Part shown: piece after piece, positions 53,473 to 62,451 of the stretch | Layout: each line of letters starts with the position of its first letter | How positions within the stretch are numbered: the stretch's first letter is position 1 | DNA from: Alphaproteobacteria bacterium | GTDB lineage: Bacteria; Pseudomonadota; Alphaproteobacteria; UBA7887 | Length of the DNA stretch: 64,000 bases | Direction of reading: 5' to 3' | Assembly (NCBI GenBank): GCA_965214495.1 | Contig: OZ243958.1 | Coordinates: 157,819 to 221,818 of the forward strand | Program-made: the position numbers and the translations under genes | The notes under the pieces: model-generated | What the model was told of the DNA's origin: nothing | Databases searched by the model: none | What the model saw: the letters and a program-made list of their open reading frames with translations, nothing else

Positions 53473-55914
53473 ATGAAGTTCCGTTTGGCGGTCACCGTAA
53501 CGATAGTGGCGCTCTTGGGAGGCTGCTCGGTCGGTGGCGGTACATCTGGCTCCCCTGTCGATCCGTCCCCTCCCGTCGATCCTGATCCTCCCGTCGATCC
53601 GTCCCCTCCCGTCGGTCCCGCTCCCCCCGTGGAGCCGCCCCTGAGCGACGTGCGTCGACCGGGCACTGGCGAACGGCTGGAGCCCTCCAACCCGTCGAGT
53701 CCGGCGTCATGGAACACGTCGGAGTATCGATACGAGGGATGGGTCGATTCCGTCACTGGCTTGCCTGTCGGCAGTCGCCATCCCCTGATCCGGGCGAGTG
53801 AGGGATACGCCGCGCGCGTCAGCGGAAACCCGGGGGGCGGCAGCATTACTGTGGCGGTTCTGGATGACGGCGTCGATTTCAATCACCCGGAGCTTGACGG
53901 CCGGGAATGGGCGTTCGAAGACGCCCAACTGTCTCGCGAGCACGGTACTGCCGTGGCCGGCGTCGTCGCCGCGCGCCGCGATGGCGTGGGGATGCACGGC
54001 GTCGCATACAACGCGAACCTCGTCAGCATCGGAACGTGCAAATTGGGCGGGGGCTGCTTCGGCCACGCCGCCGTTGTTTTGGATGAGGACGAAACAGCGG
54101 CCGACATCGCGTTGGCGGCAGGCCTGATACGAACCTATGGAAACATCGTCTCCAGTCCCGAAGCGAGCTCTCACATCATCAACATGAGCTTCACCTACCC
54201 AAACATTCCCAACATAGACCAGATCACGAGCGCCATGCAGGATGCCGCCGGGGCGGGCAGGATCATGGTCGCCGCCTTGGGGAATTGTGGGGTGGGTGGG
54301 TCTGGGTGCGATGCCAACGACGGTCTCGGGCCTCTGGGCGCACCGGCGGCCAACATGGCGGATCCGGGAATCGCCGGTTTCGGCATCGCGGCAGGATCGG
54401 TCGACAAAGAGGGCGCCGGGCGCGCCGCCCACAGCAACACCTGCGGCTCCGTGTCCGAGTATTGCCTTTTCGCACCGGGGGAAAGCGTACCGACAACCGC
54501 CGTCGGCGGCGGATACCGAAGCCCCGACGGAACCTCCTTTGCAGCCCCCTACGTTGCCGGAGCGGCGGCGGTGGTGTGGGGCGCGTTTCCCAATAAACCG
54601 GGTGACGAGATCGTCGCCCGACTGCTCTCGACGGCGGACAAGAGCGGCGAGTTCGGCGATGCCGCGATATACGGCCAGGGAAAGCTGGACCTCGGCGCGG
54701 CGATGAACCCGGTCGGTTCTACCAGCCTGTCCGTCGAGGGTGCAGGCATGGTTCCGGTGGCCGCCAGCGTTGTCGATCTCCCGCCGGGGTTCGACGCGAA
54801 GTCCGCCGCCGCGGCCCTGTCCGACGTCGTGGTTTACGATGAGCAGATGTTCCCCTTCGTTCAGGACCTGTCCTCGGCGTTTCGTTCGAATCGGGGCGCT
54901 TCGGCGAACGGGGTGCTGGGCGACTTCCTGTCTTCGCTCGGGCGTTCGTCGCGGGTGTCGCTGCCGGGTGCGAAGGCGGCGGTCGAGTTCGCGACGCCCG
55001 ACCGTCCGGCGGGTTGGACTGCGGACCTGTGGGATCGTCCCGAGGAGGTGCAGGACTATCGCCTGCAACTGCGTCCGACACCGGACCTGGCGATCGCGTT
55101 CGGACGCAGACTGGACGTTGTCGGATCCTCGAACCGCATCGTCGCGAAACGAGTACGCCGAACGATGTTCCGAAACGACGTCGGCACGTTCGCGGCGCTT
55201 GCGGGCGCGGGTTTCGCCCTGGGCGCCGACTGGCAGGTGGACGATGCGACGACGCTCGATTTCGTGGGCAGAGACGGTGCGGGCCGTCTGGGGCGGTCGC
55301 GCGCGTTGCTGGCCTCCCTCGGCGTGACGCACCGCGTCGGCGGCGGCCTGGTCCTGGGCGCGCGTTACGGTGCGTTGCGGGAAGACGGTTCGCTCACTGG
55401 CATCCGGCCGGCCGGCGCGTTCGGCGGCGTTTCCGACGTATCGACCCGGTTCGTCGATGTGAGTGTGGAGGGGCGGGTGTCGGAGACCTTGACCCTGTTC
55501 GGGGGCGCGAGCCTCGGGCGGACGGAGAAGAGTTCCCCGGAAGGGAATTCCCTGATCTCGGAATGGACCGGTTCGCGAGCGGAGTCGTTCGCGGTCGGCG
55601 GTGAGATCGAGGGGCTATGGCTGTCGTCGGACCGCACGATCGTGACGGCGTCGTCGCCGTTCCGGGCGCGCGATGCGATGGTCCGCGTCGAGGTGCCGGT
55701 GGAGGAGATAGCCGACGGCATCGTCCGCCGGGAGGTGCGTTCGATCGACCTGGCGCCGAGTGGACGGGAAGGCCGGTTGCAGTTCGTTTACGACACCGGA
55801 GACCGCAGGGGCGCCTCGCTGACTCTCGGAGGCTATGCGCGCGTTCAGCCCGGCCACGACGCCTCGGCCGATCCTGAATTCGGGATCGGCGCCAAAATGA
55901 ACGTGGGTTTCTGA
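53473..55914 (+). CDS. Subtilisin-family (S8) serine protease autotransporter lipoprotein (NalP/SphB1-like architecture)
   Basis: Lipobox VALLGGCS, then a Pro-rich PPVDP linker. The catalytic triad sits in VAVLDDGVD (Asp), HGTAVAG (His) and GTSFAAPYVAGAAA (Ser). The C-terminal ~300 aa has a beta-barrel pattern ending GIGAKMNVGF. GGAGGA RBS. Confidence 0.85.
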   Translation: MKFRLAVTVTIVALLGGCSVGGGTSGSPVDPSPPVDPDPPVDPSPPVGPAPPVEPPLSDVRRPGTGERLEPSNPSSPASWNTSEYRYEGWVDSVTGLPVGSRHPLIRASEGYAARVSGNPGGGSITVAVLDDGVDFNHPELDGREWAFEDAQLSREHGTAVAGVVAARRDGVGMHGVAYNANLVSIGTCKLGGGCFGHAAVVLDEDETAADIALAAGLIRTYGNIVSSPEASSHIINMSFTYPNIPNIDQITSAMQDAAGAGRIMVAALGNCGVGGSGCDANDGLGPLGAPAANMADPGIAGFGIAAGSVDKEGAGRAAHSNTCGSVSEYCLFAPGESVPTTAVGGGYRSPDGTSFAAPYVAGAAAVVWGAFPNKPGDEIVARLLSTADKSGEFGDAAIYGQGKLDLGAAMNPVGSTSLSVEGAGMVPVAASVVDLPPGFDAKSAAAALSDVVVYDEQMFPFVQDLSSAFRSNRGASANGVLGDFLSSLGRSSRVSLPGAKAAVEFATPDRPAGWTADLWDRPEEVQDYRLQLRPTPDLAIAFGRRLDVVGSSNRIVAKRVRRTMFRNDVGTFAALAGAGFALGADWQVDDATTLDFVGRDGAGRLGRSRALLASLGVTHRVGGGLVLGARYGALREDGSLTGIRPAGAFGGVSDVSTRFVDVSVEGRVSETLTLFGGASLGRTEKSSPEGNSLISEWTGSRAESFAVGGEIEGLWLSSDRTIVTASSPFRARDAMVRVEVPVEEIADGIVRREVRSIDLAPSGREGRLQFVYDTGDRRGASLTLGGYARVQPGHDASADPEFGIGAKMNVGF

Positions 55915-55925
55915 GAGGGCGGGCG

Positions 55926-56228
55926 ATGCGCGTCGTCAACACCTTGGCAGCGGCGTCGCTCGTTACCCTGCACGCCTGTAGTGGCGGAACCGAACGGGGA
56001 AACGGGGACGCGGAGACCGCGTGGCCGGATCCGCCGCCGGGCGCCGTTCGTCTGGCGGATGACTACTACATGGTGCCGCGCGGTGCCGACCGATACGGTT
56101 GTTCGAGCTACTCGCCCTGGTCGCGGCGGAGCCCGGTGCCTGCCGCGATCTACTACCGCAAGGCTGACGGCGGTTTCACGCTATACCGGTCGGACTCGGA
56201 TTGCGGAGAGCGGCCGGCGACGCCGTAA
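55926..56228 (+). CDS. Small hypothetical lipoprotein
   Basis: Signal peptide plus lipobox (LVTLHACSGG). 100 aa, 11 nt downstream of the S8 autotransporter gene. I recognise no family. Confidence 0.5.
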   Translation: MRVVNTLAAASLVTLHACSGGTERGNGDAETAWPDPPPGAVRLADDYYMVPRGADRYGCSSYSPWSRRSPVPAAIYYRKADGGFTLYRSDSDCGERPATP

Positions 56229-56902
56229 CGTGCGCCGTCCCGCAGCGTATCGATTTCAAACTGAGACACTATCTGGCATCCTGGCATCTGTTCGATGGAC
56301 ATCACGATGCCTGTCATGCGGACCACGCCGACGCTCGATCCGGATGCCGCGCAACGCCTCGGCGGGAAATGCGACGCACCGACAGGAGGCAGCGCCTGCG
56401 AGCGCGTTTGAGCCAGGCTCGACAGACCGCAGACGATCATCGTCCACCCGGGAGACCGCCACGCGGAAATTCCGTTCGCGCTCCTTGAAGCGGCAGGTTC
56501 CGCCGGCAACCTGACGACGGACGCACATCTTGCCGCCCTGGCGATCGAGCATCGGGCTGAACTTCACTCGACCGATGCCGACATGGCGCGATCCCCGGGT
56601 CTGAAGGGGACTACTCCTCTCGCCTGATGGAGGAAATGCGGCTCCCGCCGGTTCACCCCCGAGTCTTGAACGCGGTCGCGAGGCGCGGCAGGCGGTTGCC
56701 GCTCGGGTTCTTCGCGATACCGGCGAGGGGGGCCGCTTCGTTCCCACCGCATCCCACCATGCGGCCGCGCCTTCGAGGCCGACGCGCTCGACCGGCGTCA
56801 CGAACCGGTTGCGGGCCACTCCGCGCGCCCTGTTGTCCTGCCCGGTCGCGGCGGCGACAATGGGTGTCGCGGAACCGCTGTCGGCGGCACCGGAGAGTGG
56901 CC

Positions 56903-57304
56903 ATGTTTTCGCTGGATCCCGAACTCCCGCGCGACGTCGCCCAGGTACTGGAAAGCGCGTCCGTGCTCGACGTGTCGGAATATCGGGTCTTCGAACTGGC
57001 CTACCGGGCGCGCTTCGGCGGGCCGGTTCGCGACACGGCGGCGTTCGACCGCTGCTTCTTCGACTATCTCTATCGCGATCGGGTGCCGCCGTGGGTGCGC
57101 GCGTTCACCCGTGCGGTCGTGGATCGCGCTCACGAGGCGGGCTTCGATCCCGTCGCATCCGGCCTCGCGCCGCCGGTGCGGCCGGCCGCGGTCTCTCGCG
57201 GAATCCGCTACGCGGTCTGGACCGCGGTGACCGTCGCCGCGATCGTCTTCGCCGCGCATTTCTCGGCCGATCCGTCCGGCTGCATGTTTCCGCCCTGCTA
57301 TTGA
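56903..57304 (+). CDS. Hypothetical C-terminally anchored membrane protein ending GCMFPPCY
   Basis: 133 aa from ATG 56903 (MFSLDPELPRDVAQ...). It has one predicted TM helix (IRYAVWTAVTVAAIVFAAHF) followed by a 13-aa tail SADPSGCMFPPCY. Its 3' end is duplicated at 53245-53395. Confidence 0.55.
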   Translation: MFSLDPELPRDVAQVLESASVLDVSEYRVFELAYRARFGGPVRDTAAFDRCFFDYLYRDRVPPWVRAFTRAVVDRAHEAGFDPVASGLAPPVRPAAVSRGIRYAVWTAVTVAAIVFAAHFSADPSGCMFPPCY

Positions 57305-57307
57305 GCG
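57158..57307 (+). repeat. Direct repeat copy B (3' end of the 56903-57304 gene)
   Basis: Partner of 53245-53395; see that entry. Confidence 0.85.
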
Positions 57308-57316
57308 CGCCGGGGC

Positions 57317-58174
57317 TTACCAGATCAGCGCGGGGACGGCCATGTCGGGCACGATGCCGCGATGGCGGCACAGGTCTTCGAGCGTTTCGGGGTCTGCGGC
57401 GTCGCCCCAGGCAATCCCCAGCGGTTCCGCCAGCACGCCGCCCTGCACGAGCACCGAGGGAATTCCCTTTCCCTGCGCGCCGGCGATGTCGGTCGCCAGA
57501 TTGTCGCCCACGGCGAACACCCGTTCGGTGCGGTCGAGCCGTTCGAGGCAGAAGTCGTAAACCGCTGGAAAGGGTTTGCCGAAATAGTGCACCGTGCCGC
57601 CCTGTTCGGCGTAGGCTTCGGCCAGCGCGCCGGCGCACAGCGCGCGGCGCCCGTCGTGGCGCACCACCTCACGATCGGGGTTGGCGCAGATCATCGGCAG
57701 GTCGCGGGCGCGTGCAGCGTCGAGCGCGCGGCGGTGCGCGTCAACCGTGTCGTCGTCGTCGAGAAGACCGGTGTTGAGCACGAAATCCGCGCGGTCGAGC
57801 GGCGCCGGCGTGACGTCGAGATCGTCGAGCAGACCGGCGTCCCGATCCGGCCCCATATGGTAATAGGCGCTGCCCAGCCCGGCGACCCGGCCGGTTTCGA
57901 CGGCGATCCGGCTCGCCTCGCCTGAAGAAACGAGGCCGGCATAGAGATGCGGCCCGATGCCGATCCCGGCGAGGCGTTCGGTTACCTGCGCCGCACGCCG
58001 GGGTGCGTTGGATAGCAACAGCACCGTCTTTCCGGCGCCGGCGAGCGCGGCCAGACAGTCGGCAGCGCCGGGATAGGGCGCGATGCCGTCCATCACCACG
58101 CCCCACACGTCGAGAATGAGCGCATCGAAACGGTCGGCGAACGCCGACAGGCGGGGGAAACGGAGAATCGTCAT
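57317..58174 (-). CDS. HAD-superfamily subfamily IIA hydrolase (TIGR01459-type)
   Basis: LILDVWGV..DG, LLSNAPR, NPD, GKP and the motif IV VGDNL.TDI.GA are present. 285 aa. Confidence 0.8.
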   Translation of the reverse strand: MTILRFPRLSAFADRFDALILDVWGVVMDGIAPYPGAADCLAALAGAGKTVLLLSNAPRRAAQVTERLAGIGIGPHLYAGLVSSGEASRIAVETGRVAGLGSAYYHMGPDRDAGLLDDLDVTPAPLDRADFVLNTGLLDDDDTVDAHRRALDAARARDLPMICANPDREVVRHDGRRALCAGALAEAYAEQGGTVHYFGKPFPAVYDFCLERLDRTERVFAVGDNLATDIAGAQGKGIPSVLVQGGVLAEPLGIAWGDAADPETLEDLCRHRGIVPDMAVPALIW

Positions 58175-58214
58175 GAGCGTGGACGGTGGCGTGCCGAAGA
58201 CGGTCGCATATCGG

Positions 58215-59300
58215 TTATCCGGCTCGGGCGGTCAAGCATCGCGCGTCGTCGCGAATGCCGGCGCCGACCGCGTCCGCGACGCTCGTCAGGCCGTCCCGCG
58301 CGAGGCGCGCCGCAAGGCCGCGCTCGATGTCGGCGAGGAGGCCGAGGCCGCGAAAGGCGAGTGCGGTGTAAAGTTGCACCAGGCTGGCGCCGGCCCGGAT
58401 TTTGGCCCAGGCGTCGTCAGCGCTCGCCACGCCGCCGACGCCGATCAGGGGGACGCGCCCGCCGACCAAGCGGTAGAACGCGCCGAGAAGCGCGGTCGAT
58501 GGTGCGAACAGGGGTCGCCCGCTCAGGCCGCCGGCCTCGTGGCGGCTGGAAGCGCGCAGACCCGGCGGCCGCGCGACCGTCGTGTTTCCGATGACCAGCC
58601 CGTCGATGGCGCCGTCCAACGCGATGGCGGCGATCTCCCGAACCGCGGCGGGACGGAGGTCCGGCGAGACCTTGACGAGGAGCGGACAGTCGAGGCCGGT
58701 GGCTGCGCGGCGCGCGTGCAAGGCATCGACCAGCGCCGCCAGCCTGTCGCGCGCCTGCAGGTCGCGCAGCCCCGGCGTGTTCGGTGACGAGACGTTGACG
58801 GTGACGTAGTCGGCGAGCGGCGCCAGCCGGTCGAACGCCGCGACGTAGTCGTTGGCGGGGTCGGTGCTGTTGCGGTTGACCCCGATATTGACCCCGACGA
58901 TCCCGTTCGCCCGTTCGCGCCGGCGAAGCTGCTTCGCCACATGGTCCATGCCGGCGCTGTTGAAGCCGAGCCGGTTGATGACCGCCTGATCGTCGCGAAG
59001 ACGGAAGAGGCGTGGGCGCGGATTGCCGGGCTGTGGTCGTGGCGTCACCGTGCCGATCTCGACGAAGCCGGCGCCGGCGCGCAACAGCGCCGCGAACGCC
59101 TCGCCGTTCTTGTCGAGGCCCGCGGCGATGCCGATCGCACCGAAATCTCGCCCCCACAGACGGACGCGCAGGGCGGGGTCGCGCGGGCCGGCGCGCCGTC
59201 CGGCGAAACCCCGACGCAGGAGGGCGATGCCCAGGCGCTGCGCGGCTTCCGGCGGCAGGCGATTCAGCGCCGCGACGCCGAGACGGCTCAGCGCGCTCAC
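58215..59300 (-). CDS. pyrD: Dihydroorotate dehydrogenase (quinone), class 2
   Basis: GIAAGLDKNGEA, GFVEIGTVTPRPQ.GNP.PRLFRL....A.INR.GFNS.G, GVNIG.N, NVSSPNTPGLR.LQ, VK..PDL, GL...NTT and GGLSG.PL are present. Confidence 0.92.
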   Translation of the reverse strand: MSALSRLGVAALNRLPPEAAQRLGIALLRRGFAGRRAGPRDPALRVRLWGRDFGAIGIAAGLDKNGEAFAALLRAGAGFVEIGTVTPRPQPGNPRPRLFRLRDDQAVINRLGFNSAGMDHVAKQLRRRERANGIVGVNIGVNRNSTDPANDYVAAFDRLAPLADYVTVNVSSPNTPGLRDLQARDRLAALVDALHARRAATGLDCPLLVKVSPDLRPAAVREIAAIALDGAIDGLVIGNTTVARPPGLRASSRHEAGGLSGRPLFAPSTALLGAFYRLVGGRVPLIGVGGVASADDAWAKIRAGASLVQLYTALAFRGLGLLADIERGLAARLARDGLTSVADAVGAGIRDDARCLTARAG

Positions 59301-59738
59301 GGTTCGACCGGTGGGGAACCCGCGCGGCTCGGACGTTCCGTTCGGCCCGAGCGCAAGCGTCGCCGAACGCTCAGAAACTCACGCCGAAGACGCTGCGATA
59401 GCCGGCGAAGATGGTAGCGTAGGCGGGGCGTCGGAGCGCGTGTGGCGCCGATCCGCCGCTGGCCTGCCAAACCGCCTGCCGGTCCGGCGAACCGGAACGA
59501 TGCGGCGTGCCGCCGTTGCTGTCGGCCGGGCCCGCGGCCCGGGTTTCGGAAAGTTCGCGATCGTCGCCTCGAGTCATTCGTGCCGTCCCCCCGATCGGCC
59601 GCAAAGAGAGCGCCCTGTTCGTCCTTGAGTTTCATATAGATGCACATCGGTTGCTGACATCGGGGATTGGAAGTGGCCGCCTGTAATTTTCCACGGTGTG
59701 ACAATATCGCCACAGATAGTGACGTCGTGGTCGCATCG

Positions 59739-60896
59739 TTACCGCCGGGCCGCGATTCCCCAGCCGACGATGCGATCGGCCGCTTCGGCGACGTCGGCCT
59801 CGCTACCGGCAAATGAAAAGCGAACGAAGCGATGGCCGCGCCGTCGATCGAAATCGATCCCGGGCGTCGCTGCGACACCGGCATCGTTCAGCAGGGCGGC
59901 GCACAGAACCTGCGAATCCGCCGCCAGGTCGCCGATATCGGCATAGACGTAGAACGCGCCGTCAGCGGGCGCGAGACGACCGAAACCGGCTTTCGGCAAA
60001 CACTCCAGCAGGATCCGTCGGTTGCGGGCATAGGTTTCCACATAGGCATCGAGTTCGGCGTGGCGTTCGAAGGCGGCGAGCGCCGCATACTGGGACAATG
60101 TCGGAACCGAGATGAACATGTTCTGCGCCAGGCGCTCGACCGCTCCCAGGAGATCGTCCGGCGCGATCATCCAGCCGAGCCGCCAGCCGGTCATGGCGAA
60201 GTATTTCGAGAAGCTGTTGATCGTCACGGCGCACGGGTCGTGGGCAAGGGCCGACGATTCCCGAAAGCCATAGGAAATCCCGTGATAGATCTCGTCGGAG
60301 ATCAGGCGGGCGCCGTTGTCGCGGCACCAGGCGGCGAGTGCCGCGAGCGCCGGCGCGTCGAGCATGGTCCCGGTCGGGTTGGAGGGGCTGGCGACGATCA
60401 CGCCGTCGAGCGGCGCGGCGGCGGCGAGGAGCTCCGGGGTTGGCTGGTATCGCTGCTCGTGGTCGGTCCGCAGAGCCACCGCTTCGATTCCCAGGGCGCT
60501 CAGAATGTTGCGATAGGCGGGATAGCAGGGTTCGGCCAGCGCCACGCGGTCGCCGGGGTCGAAGGCGGCGAGAAAGGACAAGGTGAAAGCGCCTGACGCG
60601 CCGGCGGTCGCCACGACTTGCGCGGGATCGACCGCAAGTCCGTAGCGCTCCTCGTAGTGGCGGGCGATGCGGCTGCGCAGTGCGGGGATGCCGAGGGCTT
60701 CGGTGTAGCCGATATGGCGTTCGTCCAGCGTCCGCCGGGCGGCGGCGAGCACTGCCGCCGGCGCGCCTGCCGTGGGCTCTCCAATCTCGAGATGCAGCAC
60801 GCGCTGGCCTCGGGTTTCGCGCGCGTTGGCCGCCCGCAGGACCTCCATCGCGTGAAACGGCGCGACTGCGGCCCGCCGGGCCGTCTTCAAAGCCAC
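59739..60896 (-). CDS. Pyridoxal-phosphate-dependent aminotransferase (class I/II)
   Basis: PFHAMEVL..A, GEP....P, Y....G...LR..IA..Y, SPSNPTG, the lysine motif NSFSKYFAMTGWRLGW and R.SFA are present. GTG start at 60896 (VALKTARR...); the long upstream extension of the ORF to 61772 is non-homologous. Confidence 0.85.
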   Translation of the reverse strand: MALKTARRAAVAPFHAMEVLRAANARETRGQRVLHLEIGEPTAGAPAAVLAAARRTLDERHIGYTEALGIPALRSRIARHYEERYGLAVDPAQVVATAGASGAFTLSFLAAFDPGDRVALAEPCYPAYRNILSALGIEAVALRTDHEQRYQPTPELLAAAAPLDGVIVASPSNPTGTMLDAPALAALAAWCRDNGARLISDEIYHGISYGFRESSALAHDPCAVTINSFSKYFAMTGWRLGWMIAPDDLLGAVERLAQNMFISVPTLSQYAALAAFERHAELDAYVETYARNRRILLECLPKAGFGRLAPADGAFYVYADIGDLAADSQVLCAALLNDAGVAATPGIDFDRRRGHRFVRFSFAGSEADVAEAADRIVGWGIAARR

Positions 60897-61016
60897 GTCG
60901 TCATCCCTGCCGTGAGAACGGTGTTTCAGTCGCCATCGCCGCGCCGGCTCACGCGTTGACCGTGGCGGCGTGACTTCGTAGGAAAGAGCCTCGATTCCAG
61001 AATCGGAACCCTGCCG

Positions 61017-62405
61017 TTGGCGTCCCGTCTCGTGCGATGGCTCATGCTGGTCTGTGCGGTCTCGTGGCAGATCGCTGCATTGGCCGCCCACGCCCAGAAC
61101 CTGCCATTGGTCCGCGATTCGGAGATCGAATCTACCATCCGCGGGTGGGCCGATCCAGTCTTCACCGCCGCGGGTCTCGACCCGTCGGCGGTGCGCGTGC
61201 TCCTGGTCAACGACCCCGCGCTCAACGCCTTCGTGGCCGGCGGGCAGAACATCTTCCTCAATACCGGGTTGCTGATGGAGGCCGACTCGCCGGGGCAGGT
61301 GATCGGCGTGATCGCCCACGAGACCGGTCATATCGCCGGTGGTCATCTCGCCCGGACGGGCGAGGCGATGAGGGCGGCGGCGAATACCGGCCTGTTCGCG
61401 ACTCTGGTGGGCATCGGCCTGATCGCGCTCGGCACGGCCACCGGGGCGGCCAACGCGGGCCAGGCCGGCGGCGCCCTGATCGCCGGTGGCCAATCGACCG
61501 GGCTGCGGACTTTTCTCGCCTACACACGGGCGCAGGAGCGCGCCGCCGACCAGGCGGCGCTGAACTATCTCGACGCCACCCGGCAATCCGCGCGCGGTCT
61601 GCTGGATTTTCTCGGCAAGCTGCAAGACCAGGAATTGCTGGTCAGCGAGCGCCAGGACCCGTATGTGCGCAGCCATCCGCTGACCAGCGACCGCATGGCG
61701 TTCATTGGACGTCACGTCGGGCAATCGCTCTGGTCGGAAGTGGCCGAGACGCCGGCCGACGTCGAACGCCACGCGCGGTTACGCGCCAAACTGATCGGTT
61801 TTCTCGACCGTCCGCGCCGCGTGCTGCGGACCCGTTTCCCGGAATCGGACCAGACGCTCGCGGCGCGGTATGGTCGTGTCATCGCCTGGATGCGCCTGCC
61901 CGACCTGCCGCTGGCGCTGGCCGGCATCGAGGAACTGATCGCCGAGCGACCGGACGACCCCTATTTCATCGAGCTCAAGGGACAGATTCTGTTCGAGCAC
62001 GGCAAGGTGCGCGACTCGGTGCCGGAGTATCAACGCGCCGCCGATCTGCTGCCTGAAGACACGTTGATTCTGACGGGCCTCGGCCGGGCCCAGGTCGAAA
62101 CCGGCGACGCCGGCCTGCTCCCCGCCGCGGTCGCGAATCTCGAGACGGCGCGGCGCGGCGACCCCGAAAATCCCATGACCTGGCGCGTGCTGGCGGCGGC
62201 CTATCACGGGTTGGGAGAAGACGGGCGATCCGCGCTCGCGGCCGGGGAATACGCCCTGCTGGTCGGCCGCGCCCGCGACGCCATGCGCCACGCCGAACGC
62301 GCCGAACGGCAGTTCCCGGAAGGCTCGCCGGAATGGCTGCAAGCGCAGGACATCAAGAACCAGGCCGAGCTGATCGCACAGATAAGCCGAGGCAGGGCGG
62401 GCTGA
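61017..62405 (+). CDS. M48 family metalloprotease with C-terminal TPR region (BepA-like)
   Basis: A signal peptide, NAF...G..I...TGL and the zinc motif VIAHETGHIAGGH are present, with TPR-like repeats in the C-terminal half. Start is either TTG 61017 or in-frame ATG 61044. Confidence 0.85.
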   Translation: MASRLVRWLMLVCAVSWQIAALAAHAQNLPLVRDSEIESTIRGWADPVFTAAGLDPSAVRVLLVNDPALNAFVAGGQNIFLNTGLLMEADSPGQVIGVIAHETGHIAGGHLARTGEAMRAAANTGLFATLVGIGLIALGTATGAANAGQAGGALIAGGQSTGLRTFLAYTRAQERAADQAALNYLDATRQSARGLLDFLGKLQDQELLVSERQDPYVRSHPLTSDRMAFIGRHVGQSLWSEVAETPADVERHARLRAKLIGFLDRPRRVLRTRFPESDQTLAARYGRVIAWMRLPDLPLALAGIEELIAERPDDPYFIELKGQILFEHGKVRDSVPEYQRAADLLPEDTLILTGLGRAQVETGDAGLLPAAVANLETARRGDPENPMTWRVLAAAYHGLGEDGRSALAAGEYALLVGRARDAMRHAERAERQFPEGSPEWLQAQDIKNQAELIAQISRGRAG

Positions 62406-62451
62406 GCCCGTCCGCACCGTTCCCGCAGAACGACAACCCGGAGGACCCCTC

